Shown here: piece after piece, positions 25,842-39,305 of the stretch
How the letters are laid out: each line of letters opens with the position of its first letter
Numbering within the stretch: position 1 is the stretch's first letter
Source: Eledone cirrhosa
Taxonomy: Eukaryota
NCBI GenBank assembly: GCA_964016885.1
Contig: OZ024741.1
Span: 262,136,001 to 262,200,000, forward strand
Length of the DNA stretch: 64,000 nt
Reading direction: 5' to 3'
Notes under the pieces: model-generated
Databases searched by the model: none
What the model saw: only the letters and a program-made list of their open reading frames with translations
What the model was told of the DNA's origin: nothing
Program-made: the position numbers and the translations under genes

Positions 25842-28272
25842 CGTTTCGCTTTACGAATGTTTCGACTTACGAGTGTTTCGACTTACGAGTGTTTCGGCTT
25901 ACGAGTGTTTTGACTTACGAGATTTTTTACTTACGGGTGTTTCGACTTACGCGTGTTTCGGCTTACGAATGTTTTGACTTACGGGTGTTTCGACTTACGA
26001 GTGTTTTGACTTACGAGTGTTCTGACTTACGAGTGTTCTGTCTTACGAGTGTTCCGACTTACGACTGTTTCGACTTACGAGTGTTTTGATTTACGAGTGT
26101 TCCGACTTACGAGTGTTTCGGCTTACGGGTGTTTCGACGTACGAGTATTTTTGGCTTACGAGTGTTTCGCCTTACGAGTGTTTTGAATTACGATTGTTTC
26201 CGCTTACGAGTGTTTAGACTTACGAGTATTTCGACTTACGAGTGTTTTGACTTACGGGTGTTTTGACATACGAGTGTTTCGATACGAGTGCTCTGACTTA
26301 CGAGTGTTCTGACTTACGAGTGTTCTGACTTACGAGTGTTCTGACTTACGGGTGTTCTGACTTACGTGTGTTCCTACTTACGAGTGTTTCGGCTATGGGT
26401 GTTTCGACTTACGAGTGTTTCGACTTACGAATGTTTTTGGCTTACGAGTGTTTCGGCTTACGAGTGTTTCGACTTACGAATGTTTTGGCCTACGGTGTTT
26501 CGGCTTACGAGTTATTCGACATACGAGTGTTTTGACTTACGGGTGTTTCGACTTACGCGTGTTTCGACTTACGAGTGTTTCGACTTACGAGTGTTTTGAC
26601 TTACGAGTGTTTTGACTTACGAGTGTTCTGACTTACGAGTGTTCCGACTTACGAGTGTTCTGCCTTACGAGTGTTCTGACTTACGAGTGTTTCGACTTAC
26701 GAGTGTTTCGACTTACGAGTGTTCCGACTTACGGGTGTTTCGACTTACGAGTGTTTTGGCTTACGGTGTTTCGACTTACGAGTGTTTTGACTTACGGTGT
26801 TTCGGCTTACGAGTGTTTCGACTTACGAGTGTTTTGACTTACGGGTGTTTTGACATACGAGTGTTTCGATACGAGTGTTCTGACTTACGAGTGTTCTGAC
26901 TTACGAGTGTTTTGACTTACGAGTGTTCTGACTTACGAGTGTTCCGACTTACGAGTGTTCCGACTTACGAGTGTTTCGGCTTACGAGTGATTCGACTTAC
27001 GAGTGTTTTGACTTACGGGTGTTTTGACTTACGGGTGTTGTGAATTACGAGTGTTCCTATTTACGAGTGTTTTGACTTACGGTGTTTCGGCTTACGAGTG
27101 ATTCGACTTACGTGTGTTTCGACTTACGAGTGTTTTGACTTACGAATGTTTTGACTTACGGGTGTTTCGACTTACTAATGTTTTTACTTACGAGTGTTTC
27201 GGCGTACGAGTGTTTCGACTTACGAGTGTTTCGACTTACGAGTGTTTCGGCTTACGAGTGTTTTGACTTAAGGATGTTTCGACTTACGAGTGTTCTGACT
27301 TACGAGTGTTCTGATTTACGGATGTTTCGACACACGAGTGTTTCGACTTACGAGTGTTTCGACTTACGTGTGTTTTGAGTTACGGGTGTTGTGAATTACG
27401 ATTGTTCCTATTTACGAGTGTTTTGACTTACGGTGTTTCGGCTTGCGAGTGTTTTGACTTACGTGTGTTTCGACTTACGAGTGTTTTGACTTACGAATGT
27501 TTTGACTTACGGGTGTTTCGACTTACTAATGTTTTTACTTACGAGTGTTTCGGCGTACGAGTGTTTCGACTTACGAGTGTTTCGACTTACGAGTGTTTCG
27601 GCTTACGAGTGTTTTGACTTAAGGATGTTTCGACTTACGAGTGTTCTGACTTACGAGTGTTCTGATTTACGGATGTTTCGACACACGAGTGTTTCGACTT
27701 ACGAGTGTTTCGACTTACGTGTGTTTTGAGTTACGGGTGTTTTGACATACGAGTGTTTCGATACGAATGTTCTAACTTACGAGTGTTCTGACTTACGAGT
27801 GTTCTGACTTACGAGTGTTCTGACTTACGAGTGTTCTGACTTACGAGGGTTCCGACTTACGAGTGTTCCGACTTACGAGTGTTTTGGCTTACGGTGTTTC
27901 GGCTTACGAGTGTTTCGAGTTACGAGTGTTTTGACTTACGCGTGTTTTGACATAAGAGTGTTTCGATACGAGTGTTCTGACTTACGAGTGTTCTGACTTA
28001 CGAGTGTTCTGACTTACGAGTGTTCTGACTTACGAGTGTTCTGACTTACGAGTGTTCTGACTTACGAGTGTTCCGACTTTACGAGTGTTTCGGCTCACGA
28101 TTGTTTTGGCTTACGGTGTTTCGGCTTACGAGTGTTTCGAGTTACGAGTGTTTTGACTTACGCGTGTTTTGACATACGAGTGTTTCGATACGAGTGTTCT
28201 GACTTACGAGTGTTCTGACTTACGAGTGTTCTGACTTACGAGTGTTCTGACTTACGAGTGTTTCGACTTACG

Positions 28273-28341
28273 AAAATAACAAATAGACGCGGTTTCAAAT
28301 ATCTATGCTTTTCAAATTCATTACATTAATCTTTATTTATA
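28273..28341 (+). repeat. 68-bp element, copy 10 (CAAATTC, AATATCT variant)
   Basis: Direct match to the element. Confidence 0.95.
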
Positions 28342-29929
28342 CGTTTCGCTTTACGAGTGTTTCGACTTACGAGTCTTTCGACATACGAGTGTTTCAGCTT
28401 ACGAGTGTTTTGATTTACGAGTGTTTTGACTTACGGGTGTTTCGACTTACGCGTGTTTCGACTTACGAGTGTTTCGACTTACGAGTGTTTCGACTTACGA
28501 GTGTTTCGACTTACGAGTGTTTTGACTTACGAATGTTTTGACTTACGATTGTTTCGGCTTACGAGTGTTTCGACTTACGAGTGTTTCGGCTTATGAGTGT
28601 TTCGTCTTACGGGTGTTTTGACTTACGAGTGTTTCGGCTTACGAGTGTTTCGGCTTATGAGTGTTTCGACTTACGGGTGTTTTGACTTACGGGTGTTTTG
28701 ACATACGAGTGTTTCGATACGAGTGTTCTGACTTACGAGTGTTCTGACTTACGAGTGTTCTGACTTACGGGTGTTCTGACTTACGAGTGTTCCGACTTAC
28801 GAGTGTTTCGGCTATGAGTGTTTCGACTTACGGGTGTTTCGACTTACGAGTGTTTCGACTTACGAGTGTTTCGACTTACGAGTGTTTCGACTTACGACTG
28901 TTTTGGCTTATGAATGTTTTGACTTACGGGTGTTTCGACTTACGGGTGTTTCGGCTTACGAGTGTTTCGATTCGAGTGTTCTGACTTACGAGTGTTCTGA
29001 CTTACGAGTGTTCTGACTTACGAGTGTTCCGACTTACGAGTGTTCCGACTTACGAGTGTTTCGGCTTACGAGTGTTTCGGCTTATGAGTGTTTCGACGTA
29101 CGGGCGTTTCGACTTACGGGTGTTTCGACTTACGAGTGTTTTGACTTACGAGTGTTCTGACTTACGAGTGCTCTGACTTACGAGTGTTCCGACTTACGAC
29201 TGTTTCGACTTACGAGTGTTTTGACTTACGAGTGTTCCGACTTACGAGTGTTTCGGCTTACGGGTGTTTCGACGTACGAGTATTTTTGGCTTACGAGTGT
29301 TTCGACTTACGAGTGTTTTGAATTACGATTGTTTCGACTTACGAGTGTTTCGACTTACGAGTATTACGACTTACGAGTGTTTCGGCTATGGGTGTTTCGA
29401 CTTACGAATGTTTTGCATTACGGGTGTTCCGGTTTACGAGTGTTTCGACTTACGAGTGTTCTGACTTACGAGTGTTCTGACTTACGAGTGTTCTGACTTA
29501 CGAGTGTTCTGACTTATGAGGGTTCCGACTTACGAGTGTTCCGACTTACGAGTGTTTTGGCTTACGGTGTTTCGGCTTATGAGTGTTTCGAGTTACGAGT
29601 GTTTTGACTTACGCGTGTTTTGACATACGAGTGTTTCGATACGAGTGTTCTGACTTACGAGTGTTCTGACTTACGAGTGTTCTGACTTACGAGTGTTCTG
29701 ACTTACGAGTGTTCTGACTTACGAGTGTTCCGACTTTACGAGTGTTTCGGCTCACGATTGTTTTGGCTTACGGTGTTTCGGCTTACGAGTGTTTCGAGTT
29801 ACGAGTGTTTTGACTTACGCGTGTTTTGACATACGAGTGTTTCGATACGAGTGTTCTGACTTACGAGTGTTCTGACTTACGAGTGTTCTGACTTACGAGT
29901 GTTCTGACTTACGAGTGTTTCGACTTACG

Positions 29930-29998
29930 AAAATAACAAATAGACGCGGTTTCAAATCTTTATGCTTTTCAAATTCATTACATTAATCTTTATTTATA
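29930..29998 (+). repeat. 68-bp element, copy 11 (CAAATTC, ATCTTTATG)
   Basis: Direct match to the element. Confidence 0.95.
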
Positions 29999-31763
29999 CG
30001 TTTCGCTTTACGAGTGTTTCGACTTACGAGTCTTTCGACATACGAGTGTTTCAGCTTACGAGTGTTTTGATTTACGAGTGTTTTGACTTACGGGTGTTTC
30101 GACTTACGCGTGTTTCGACTTACGAGTGTTTCCGGCTTACGAGTGTTTCGACTTACGAGTGTTTTGACTTACGAGTGTTTTGACTTACGAGTGTTCTGAC
30201 TTACGAGTGTTCCAACTTACGAGTGTTCCGACTTACGAGTGTTTCGGCTTACGAGTGTTTCCGGCTTATGAGTGTTTCGACTTACGAGTGTTTTGACTTA
30301 CGGTGTTTCGGCTTACGAGTGATTCGACTTACGAGTGTTTTGACTTACGGGTGTTTTGACTTACGGGTGTTGTGAATTACGAGTGTTCCGATTTACGAGT
30401 GTTTTGACTTACGGTGTTTCGGCTTACGAGTGATTCGACTTACGAATGTTTTGACTTACGGGTGTTTCGGCTTACGAGTGTTTCGACTTACGAGTGTTTC
30501 GGCTTGCGAGTGTTTCGACTTACTAATGTTTTTACTTACGAGTATTTCGGCGTACGAGTGTTTCGACTTACGAGTGTTTCGACTTACGGGTGTTTTGACA
30601 TACGGGTGTTTCGGCTTACGAGTGTTTCGACTTACGAGTGTTTCGACTTACGAGTGTTTTGACTTACGTGTGTTTTGACATACGAGTGTTTCGACTTACG
30701 AGTGTTTCGACTTACGAGTGTTTTGACTTACGGGCGTTTTGACATACGAGTGTTCCGACTTACGAGTGTTTCGGCTTATGAGTGTTTCGACTTACGAGTG
30801 CTTCGACTTTCGAATGTTTCGGCTTACGGGTGTTTCGACTTACGAATGTTTTGCTTATGAGTGTTTCGGCTTACGAGTGTTTCGGCTTATGAGTGTTTCG
30901 ACTTACGAGTGTTTTGACTTACGGGTGTTTTGACATACGAGTGTTTCGATACGAGTGTTCTGACTTACGAGTGTTCTGACTTACGAGTGTTCTGACTTAC
31001 GAGTGTTCTGACTTACGAGTGTTCTGACTTACGGGTGTTCTGACTTACGAGTGTTCCGACTTACGAGTGTTTCGGCTATGAGTGTTTTGACTTACGGGTG
31101 TTTCGACTTACGGGTGTTTTGACTTACGAGTGTTTCGACTTACGAGTGTTTCCGCTTACTAGTGTTTCTGCTTACGAGTGTTTCGACTTACTAATGTTTT
31201 TACTTACGAGTGTTTCGGTGTACGAGTGTTTCGACTTAAGGATGCTTCGACTTACGAGTGTTTCGACTTACGAGTGTTTCGACTTACGAGTGTTTCGAAT
31301 TACGAGTGTTTTGGCTTACGAATGTTTTCACTTACGGGTGTTTCGACTTACGGGTGTTTCGGCTCACGAGTGTTTCGACTTACGAGTGTTCTGACTACGA
31401 ATGTTCTGACTTACGGGTGTTCTGACTTACGAGTGTTCTGACTTACGAGTGTTCCGACTTACGAGTGTTTCGGCTTACGAGTGTTTCGGCTTACGTGTGT
31501 TTCGGCTTACGAGTGTTTCGACTTACGAGTGTTCCGACTTACGAGTGTTTCGACTTACGAGTGTTTTGGCTTACGGTGTTTCGGCTTACGAATGTTTTGA
31601 CTTACGAGTGTTTTGACTTACGGGTGTTTTGAGATACGAGTGTTTCGATACGAGTGTTCTGACTTACGAGTGTTCTGACTTACGAGTGTTCTGACTTACG
31701 AGTGTTCCGACTTACGAGTGTTTCGGCTCAAGAGTGTTTCGGCTTACGAGTGTTTCGACTACG

Positions 31764-31832
31764 AAAATAACAAATAGACGCGGTTTCAAATCTCTATGCT
31801 TTTCAAGTTCATTACATTAATCTTTATTTATA
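31764..31832 (+). repeat. 68-bp element, copy 12 (CAAGTTC, TATACG)
   Basis: Direct match to the element. Confidence 0.95.
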
Positions 31833-34800
31833 CGTTTCGCTTTACGAATGTTTCGACTTACGAGTGTTTCGACTTACGAGTGTTTCGGCTTACGAGTGTT
31901 TTGACTTACGAGATTTTTTACTTACGGGTGTTTCGACTTACGCGTGTTTCGGCTTACGAGTGATTCGACATACGAGTGTTTCGACTTACGGGTGTTTTGA
32001 CTTACGGGTGTTTCGGCTTACGAGTGTTTCGACTTACGAGTGTTTCGGCTTATGAGTGTTTCGACTTACGAGTGTTTTGACTTACGGGTGTTTTGACATA
32101 CGAGTGTTTCGATACGAGTGTTCTGACTTACGAGTGTTCTGACTTACGAGTGTTCTGACTTACGAGTGTTCTGACTTACGAGTGTTCTGACTTACGGGTG
32201 TTCTGACTTACGGGTGTTCCGACTTACGAGTGTTTCGGCTATGAGTGTTTTGACTTACGGGTGTTTCGACTTACGGGTGTTTCGACTTACGAGTGTTTCG
32301 ACTTACGAGTGTTTCCGCTTACGAGTGTTTCGGCTTACGAGTGTTTCGACATACTAATGTTTTTACTTACGAGTGTTTCGGTGTACGAGTGTTTCGACTT
32401 AAGGATGCTTCGACTTACGAGTGTTTCGACTTACAAGTGTTTCGACTTACGAGTGTTTCGAATTACGAGTGTTTTGGCTTACGAATATTTTCACTTACGG
32501 GTGTTTCGACTTACGGGTGTTTCGGCTTACGCGTGTTTCGACTTACGAGTGTTTTGACTTACGAGTGTTCTGACTTACGAGTGTTCTGACTACGAGTGTT
32601 CTGACTTACGGGTGTTCTGACTTACGAGTGTTCCGACTTACGAGTGTTTCGGCTTATGAAGGTTTCGACTTACGGGCGTTTCGACTTACGGGTGTTTCGA
32701 CTTACGAGTGTTTTGACTTACGAGTGTTCTGACTTACGAGTGTTCTGTCTTACGAGTGTTCCGACTTACGACTGTTTCGACTTACGAGTGTTTTGACTTA
32801 CGAGTGTTCCGACTTACGAGTGTTTCGGCTTACGGGTGTTTCGACGTACGAGTATTTTTGGCTTACGAGTGTTTCGCCTTACGAGTGTTTTGAATTACGA
32901 TTGTTTCCGCTTACGAGTGTTTAGACTTACGAGTATTTCGACTTACGAGTGTTTTGACTTACGGGTGTTTTGACATACGAGTGTTTCGATACGAGTGCTC
33001 TGACTTACGAGTGTTCTGACTTACGAGTGTTCTGACTTACGAGTGTTCTGACTTACGGGTGTTCTGACTTACGTGTGTTCCTACTTACGAGTGTTTCGGC
33101 TATGGGTGTTTCGACTTACGAGTGTTTCGACTTACGAATGTTTTTGGCTTACGAGTGTTTCGGCTTACGAGTGTTTCGACTTACGAATGTTTTGGCTTAC
33201 GGTGTTTCGGCTTACGAGTTATTCGACATACGAGTGTTTCGACTCACGGGTGTTTCAACTGACGGGTGTTTCGACTTACGAGTGTTTCGACTTATGAGTG
33301 TTTCGACTTACGAGTGTTCCGACTTACGAGTGTTCTGACTTACGAGTGTTCCGACTTACGAGTGTTTCGGTTTACGAGTGTTTCGACATACGAGTGTTTT
33401 GACTTACGGGTGTTTCGACTTACGCGTGTTCCGACTTACGAGTGTTTCGACTTACGAGTGTTTCGACTTACGAGTGTTTCGGCTTACGAGTGTTTTGACT
33501 TACGAATGTTTTGACTTACGATTGTTTCGGCTTACGAGTGTTTCGACTTACGAGTGTTTCGGCTTATGAGTGTTTCGACTTACGGGTGTTTTGACTTACG
33601 AGTGTTTCGGCTTACGAGTGTTTCGGCTTATGAGTGTTTCGACTTACGGGTGTTTTGACTTACGGGTGTTTTGACATACGAGTGTTTCGATACGAGTGTT
33701 CTGACTTACGAGTGTTCTGACTTACGAGTGTTCTGACTTACGAGTGTTCTGACTTACGGGTGTTCTGACTTACGAGTATTCCGACTTACGAGTGTTTCAG
33801 CTATGAGTGTTTTGCCTTACGGGTGTTTCGACTTACGGGTGTTTCGACTTACGAGTGTTTCGACTTACGAGTGTTTCGACTTACGAGTGTTCCGACTTAC
33901 GAGTGTTTCGGCTTACGAGTGTTTCGGCTTACGAGTGTTTCGGCTTACGAGTGTTTCGGCTTACGAGTGTTTTGACTTACGAGTGTTCTGACTAGGAGTG
34001 TTCTGACTTACGGGTGTTCTGACTTACGAGTGTTCCGACTTACGAGTGTTTCGGCTTATGAGTGTTTCGACTTACGGGCGTTTCGACTTACGGGTGTTTC
34101 GACTTACGAGTGTTTTGATTTACGAGTGTTCTGACTTACGGGTGTTCTGACTTACGAGTGTTCCGACATACGAGTGTTTCGGCTTATGAGTGTTTCGACT
34201 TACGGGCGTTTCGACTTACGGGTGTTTCGACTTACGAGTGTTTTGACTTACGAGTGTTCTGACTTACGAGTGTTCTGACTTACGAGTGTTCCGACTTACG
34301 ACTGTTTCGACTTACGAGTGTTTTGACTTACGAGTGTTCCGACTTACGAGTGTTTCGGCTTACGGGTGTTTCGACGTACGAGTATTTTTGGCTTACGAGT
34401 GTTTCGACTTAAGAGTGTTTTGAATTACGATTGTTTCGGCTTACGAGTGTTTCGACTTACGAGTATTTCGACTTACGAATGTTTTGGCTTACGAGTGTTT
34501 CGGCTTACGAGTGTTTCGACTTACGAATGTTTTAGCTTACGAGTGTTTCGGCTTACGGGCGTTTCGACTTACGAGTGTTTCGACTTACGAGTGTTTTGAC
34601 TTACGGTGTTTCGGCTTACGAGTTATTCGACTTACGAGTGTTCTGACTTACGAGTGTTCTGACTTACGAGTGTTCCGACTTACGAGTGTTTCGGTTTACG
34701 AGTGTTTCGACATACGAGTGTTTTGACTTACGGGTGTTTCGACTTACGGGTGTTTCGACTTACGAGTGTTTCGGCTTACGAGTGTTTCGACTTACTAATG

Positions 34801-37563
34801 TTTTTACTTACGAGTGTTTCGGTGTACGAGTGTTTCGACTTAAGGATGTTTCGACTTACGAGTATTTCGACTTACGTGTGTTTCGGCTTACGTGAGTTTC
34901 GACTTAAGAGTGTTCTGATTTACGAGTGTTCTGACTTGCGGGTGTTCTGATTTACGAGTGTTCCGAATTACGAGTGTTTCGGCTTATGAGTGTTTCGACT
35001 TACGAGTGTTTCGGCTTACGAGTGTTTCGACTTACGGTGTTTCGGCTTACGAGTGTTTCGACATACGAGTGTTTTGACTTACGAGTGTTCTGACTTACGA
35101 GTGTTCTGACTTACGGGTGTTCTGACTTACGAGTGTTCCGACTTACGAGTGTTTCGGCTATGAGTGTTTTGACTTACGGGTGTTTCGACTTACGGGTGTT
35201 TCGACTTACGAGTGTTTCGACTTACGAGTGTTTCCGCTTACGAGTGTTTCGGCTTACGAGTGTTTCGACATACTAATGTTTTTACTTACGAGTGTTTCGG
35301 TGTACGAGTGTTTCGACTTAAGGATGCTTCGACTTACGAGTGTTTCGACTTACGAGTGTTTCGACTTACGAGTGTTTCGAATTACGAGTGTTTTGCCTTA
35401 CGAATATTTTCACTTACGGGTGTTTCGACTTACGGGTGTTTCGGCTTACGAGTGTTTCGACTTACGAGTGTTTTGACTTACGAGTGTTCTGACTTACGAG
35501 TGTTCTGACTACGAGTGTTCTGACTTACGAGTGTTCCGACTTACGAGTGTTTCGGCTTATGAAGGTTTCGACTTACGGGCGTTTCGACTTACGGGTGTTT
35601 CGACTTACGAGTGTTTTGACTTACGAGTGTTCTGACTTACGAGTGTTCTGTCTTACGAGTGTTCCGACTTACGACTGTTTCGACTTACGAGTGTTTTGAC
35701 TTACGAGTGTTCCGACTTACGAGTGTTTCGGCTTACGGGTGTTTCGACGTACGAGTATTTTTGGCTTACGAGTGTTTCGCCTTACGAGTGTTTTGAATTA
35801 CGATTGTTTCCGCTTACGAGTGTTTAGACTTACGAGTATTTCGACTTACGAGTGTTTTGACTTACGGGTGTTTTGACATACGAGTGTTTCGATACGAGTG
35901 CTCTGACTTACGAGTGTTCTGACTTACGAGTGTTCTGACTTACGAGTGTTCTGACTTACGGGTGTTCTGACTTACGTGTGTTCCTACTTACGAGTGTTTC
36001 GGCTATGGGTGTTTCGACTTACGAGTGTTTCGACTTACGAATGTTTTTGGCTTACGAGTGTTTCGGCTTACGAGTGTTTCGACTTACGAATGTTTTGGCC
36101 TACGGTGTTTCGGCTTACGAGTTATTCGACATACGAGTGTTTTGACTTACGGGTGTTTCGACTTACGCGTGTTTCGACTTACGAGTGTTTCGACTTACGA
36201 GTGTTTTGACTTACGAGTGTTTTGACTTACGAGTGTTCTGACTTACGAGTGTTCCGACTTACGAGTGTTCTGCCTTACGAGTGTTCTGACTTACGAGTGT
36301 TTCGACTTACGAGTGTTTCGACTTACGAGTGTTCCGACTTACGGGTGTTTCGACTTACGAGTGTTTTGGCTTACGGTGTTTCGACTTACGAGTGTTTTGA
36401 CTTACGGTGTTTCGGCTTACGAGTGTTTCGAATTACGAGTGTTTTGACTTACGGGTGTTTTGACATACGAGTGTTTCGATACGAGTGTTCTGACTTACGA
36501 GTGTTCTGACTTACGAGTGTTTTGACTTACGAGTGTTCTGACTTACGAGTGTTCCGACTTACGAGTGTTCCGACTTACGAGTGTTTCGGCTTACGAGTGA
36601 TTCGACTTACGAGTGTTTTGACTTACGGGTGTTTTGACTTACGGGTGTTGTGAATTACGAGTGTTCCTATTTACGAGTGTTTTGACTTACGGTGTTTCGG
36701 CTTACGAGTGATTCGACTTACGAATGTTTTGACTTACGGGTGTTTCGGCTTGCGAGTGTTTTGACTTACGTGTGTTTCGACTTACGAGTGTTTTGACTTA
36801 CGAATGTTTTGACTTACGGGTGTTTCGACTTACTAATGTTTTTACTTACGAGTGTTTCGGCGTACGAGTGTTTCGACTTACGAGTGTTTCGACTTACGAG
36901 TGTTTCGGCTTACGAGTGTTTTGACTTAAGGATGTTTCGACTTACGAGTGTTCTGACTTACGAGTGTTCTGATTTACGGATGTTTCGACACACGAGTGTT
37001 TCGACTTACGAGTGTTTCGACTTACGTGTGTTTTGAGTTACGGGTGTTTTGACATACGAGTGTTTCGATACGAATGTTCTAACTTACGAGTGTTCTGACT
37101 TACGAGTGTTCTGACTTACGAGTGTTCTGACTTACGAGTGTTCTGACTTACGAGGGTTCCGACTTACGAGTGTTCCGACTTACGAGTGTTTTGGCTTACG
37201 GTGTTTCGGCTTACGAGTGTTTCGAGTTACGAGTGTTTTGACTTACGCGTGTTTTGACATAAGAGTGTTTCGATACGAGTGTTCTGACTTACGAGTGTTC
37301 TGACTTACGAGTGTTCTGACTTACGAGTGTTCTGACTTACGAGTGTTCTGACTTACGAGTGTTCTGACTTACGAGTGTTCCGACTTTACGAGTGTTTCGG
37401 CTCACGATTGTTTTGGCTTACGGTGTTTCGGCTTACGAGTGTTTCGAGTTACGAGTGTTTTGACTTACGCGTGTTTTGACATACGAGTGTTTCGATACGA
37501 GTGTTCTGACTTACGAGTGTTCTGACTTACGAGTGTTCTGACTTACGAGTGTTTCGACTTACG

Positions 37564-37632
37564 AAAATAACAAATAGACGCGGTTTCAAATCTCTATGCT
37601 TTTCAAATTCATTACATTAATCTTTATTTATA
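37564..37632 (+). repeat. 68-bp element, copy 13 (counterpart of copy 7)
   Basis: Direct match at +15456 from copy 7. Confidence 0.95.
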
Positions 37633-39236
37633 CGTTTCGCTTTACGAGTGTTTCGACTTACGAGTCTTTCGACATACGAGTGTTTCAGCTTACGAGTGTT
37701 TTGATTTACGAGTGTTTTGACTTACGGGTGTTTCGACTTACGCGTGTTTCGACTTACGAGTGTTTCGACTTACGAGTGTTTCGACTTACGAGTGTTTCGG
37801 CTTACGAGTGTTTTGACTTACGAATGTTTTGACTTACGATTGTTTCGGCTTACGAGTGTTTCGACTTACGAGTGTTTCGGCTTATGAGTGTTTCGTCTTA
37901 CGGGTGTTTTGACTTACGAGTGTTTCGGCTTACGAGTGTTTCGGCTTATGAGTGTTTCGACTTACGGGTGTTTTGACTTACGGGTGTTTTGACATACGAG
38001 TGTTTCGATACGAGTGTTCTGACTTACGAGTGTTCTGACTTACGAGTGTTCTGACTTACGGGTGTTCTGACTTACGAGTGTTCCGACTTACGAGTGTTTC
38101 GGCTATGAGTGTTTCGACTTACGGGTGTTTCGACTTACGAGTGTTTCGACTTACGAGTGTTTCGACTTACGAGTGTTTCGACTTACGACTGTTTTGGCTT
38201 ATGAATGTTTTGACTTACGGGTGTTTCGACTTACGGGTGTTTCGGCTTACGAGTGTTTCGATTCGAGTGTTCTGACTTACGAGTGTTCTGACTTACGAGT
38301 GTTCTGACTTACGAGTGTTCCGACTTACGAGTGTTCCGACTTACGAGTGTTTCGGCTTACGAGTGTTTCGGCTTATGAGTGTTTCGACTTACGGGCGTTT
38401 CGACTTACGGGTGTTTCGACTTACGAGTGTTTTGACTTACGAGTGTTCTGACTTACGAGTGCTCTGACTTACGAGTGTTCCGACTTACGACTGTTTCGAC
38501 TTACGAGTGTTTTGACTTACGAGTGTTCCGACTTACGAGTGTTTCGGCTTACGGGTGTTTCGACGTACGAGTATTTTTGGCTTACGAGTGTTTCGACTTA
38601 CGAGTGTTTTGAATTACGATTGTTTCGACTTACGAGTGTTTCGACTTACGAGTATTTCGACTTACGAGTGTTTCGGCTATGGGTGTTTCGACTTACGAGT
38701 GTTTCGACTTACGAATGTTTTGCATTACGGGTGTTCCGGTTTACGAGTGTTTCGACTTACGAGTGTTCTGACTTACGAGTGTTCTGACTTACGAGTGTTC
38801 TGACTTACGAGTGTTCTGATTTATGAGGGTTCCGACTTACGAGTGTTCCGACTTACGAGTGTTTTGGCTTACGGTGTTTCGGCTTATGAGTGTTTCGAGT
38901 TACGAGTGTTTTGACTTACGCGTGTTTTGACATACGAGTGTTTCGATACGAGTGTTCTGACTTACGAGTGTTCTGACTTACGAGTGTTCTGACTTACGAG
39001 TGTTCTGACTTACGAGTGTTCTGACTTACGAGTGTTCCGACTTTACGAGTGTTTCGGCTCACGATTGTTTTGGCTTACGGTGTTTCGGCTTACGAGTGTT
39101 TCGAGTTACGAGTGTTTTGACTTACGCGTGTTTTGACATACGAGTGTTTCGATACGAGTGTTCTGACTTACGAGTGTTCTGACTTACGAGTGTTCTGACT
39201 TACGAGTGTTCTGACTTACGAGTGTTTCGACTTACG

Positions 39237-39305
39237 AAAATAACAAATAGACGCGGTTTCAAATCTTTATGCTTTTCAAATTCATTACATTAATCTTTAT
39301 TTATA
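39237..39305 (+). repeat. 68-bp element, copy 14 (counterpart of copy 8)
   Basis: Direct match at +15456 from copy 8. Confidence 0.95.

Larger units (their letters stand above)
16515..31959 (+). repeat. 15.5-kb higher-order repeat, copy 1
   Basis: ORFs and inserts recur at fixed offsets: 16805->32261 and 22140->37596 (+15456), 24233->39721 (+15488), 25805->41309 and 31098->46602 (+15504). Boundaries were read by eye. Confidence 0.95.
20130..31959 (+). repeat. Nested ~6-kb tandem duplication (B ~20130-25975, B' ~25976-31959), three inserts per unit
   Basis: Offsets 20520->26366 (+5846), 22140->28305 (+6165), 23813->29962 (+6149), 25107->31098 (+5991). Confidence 0.9.
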
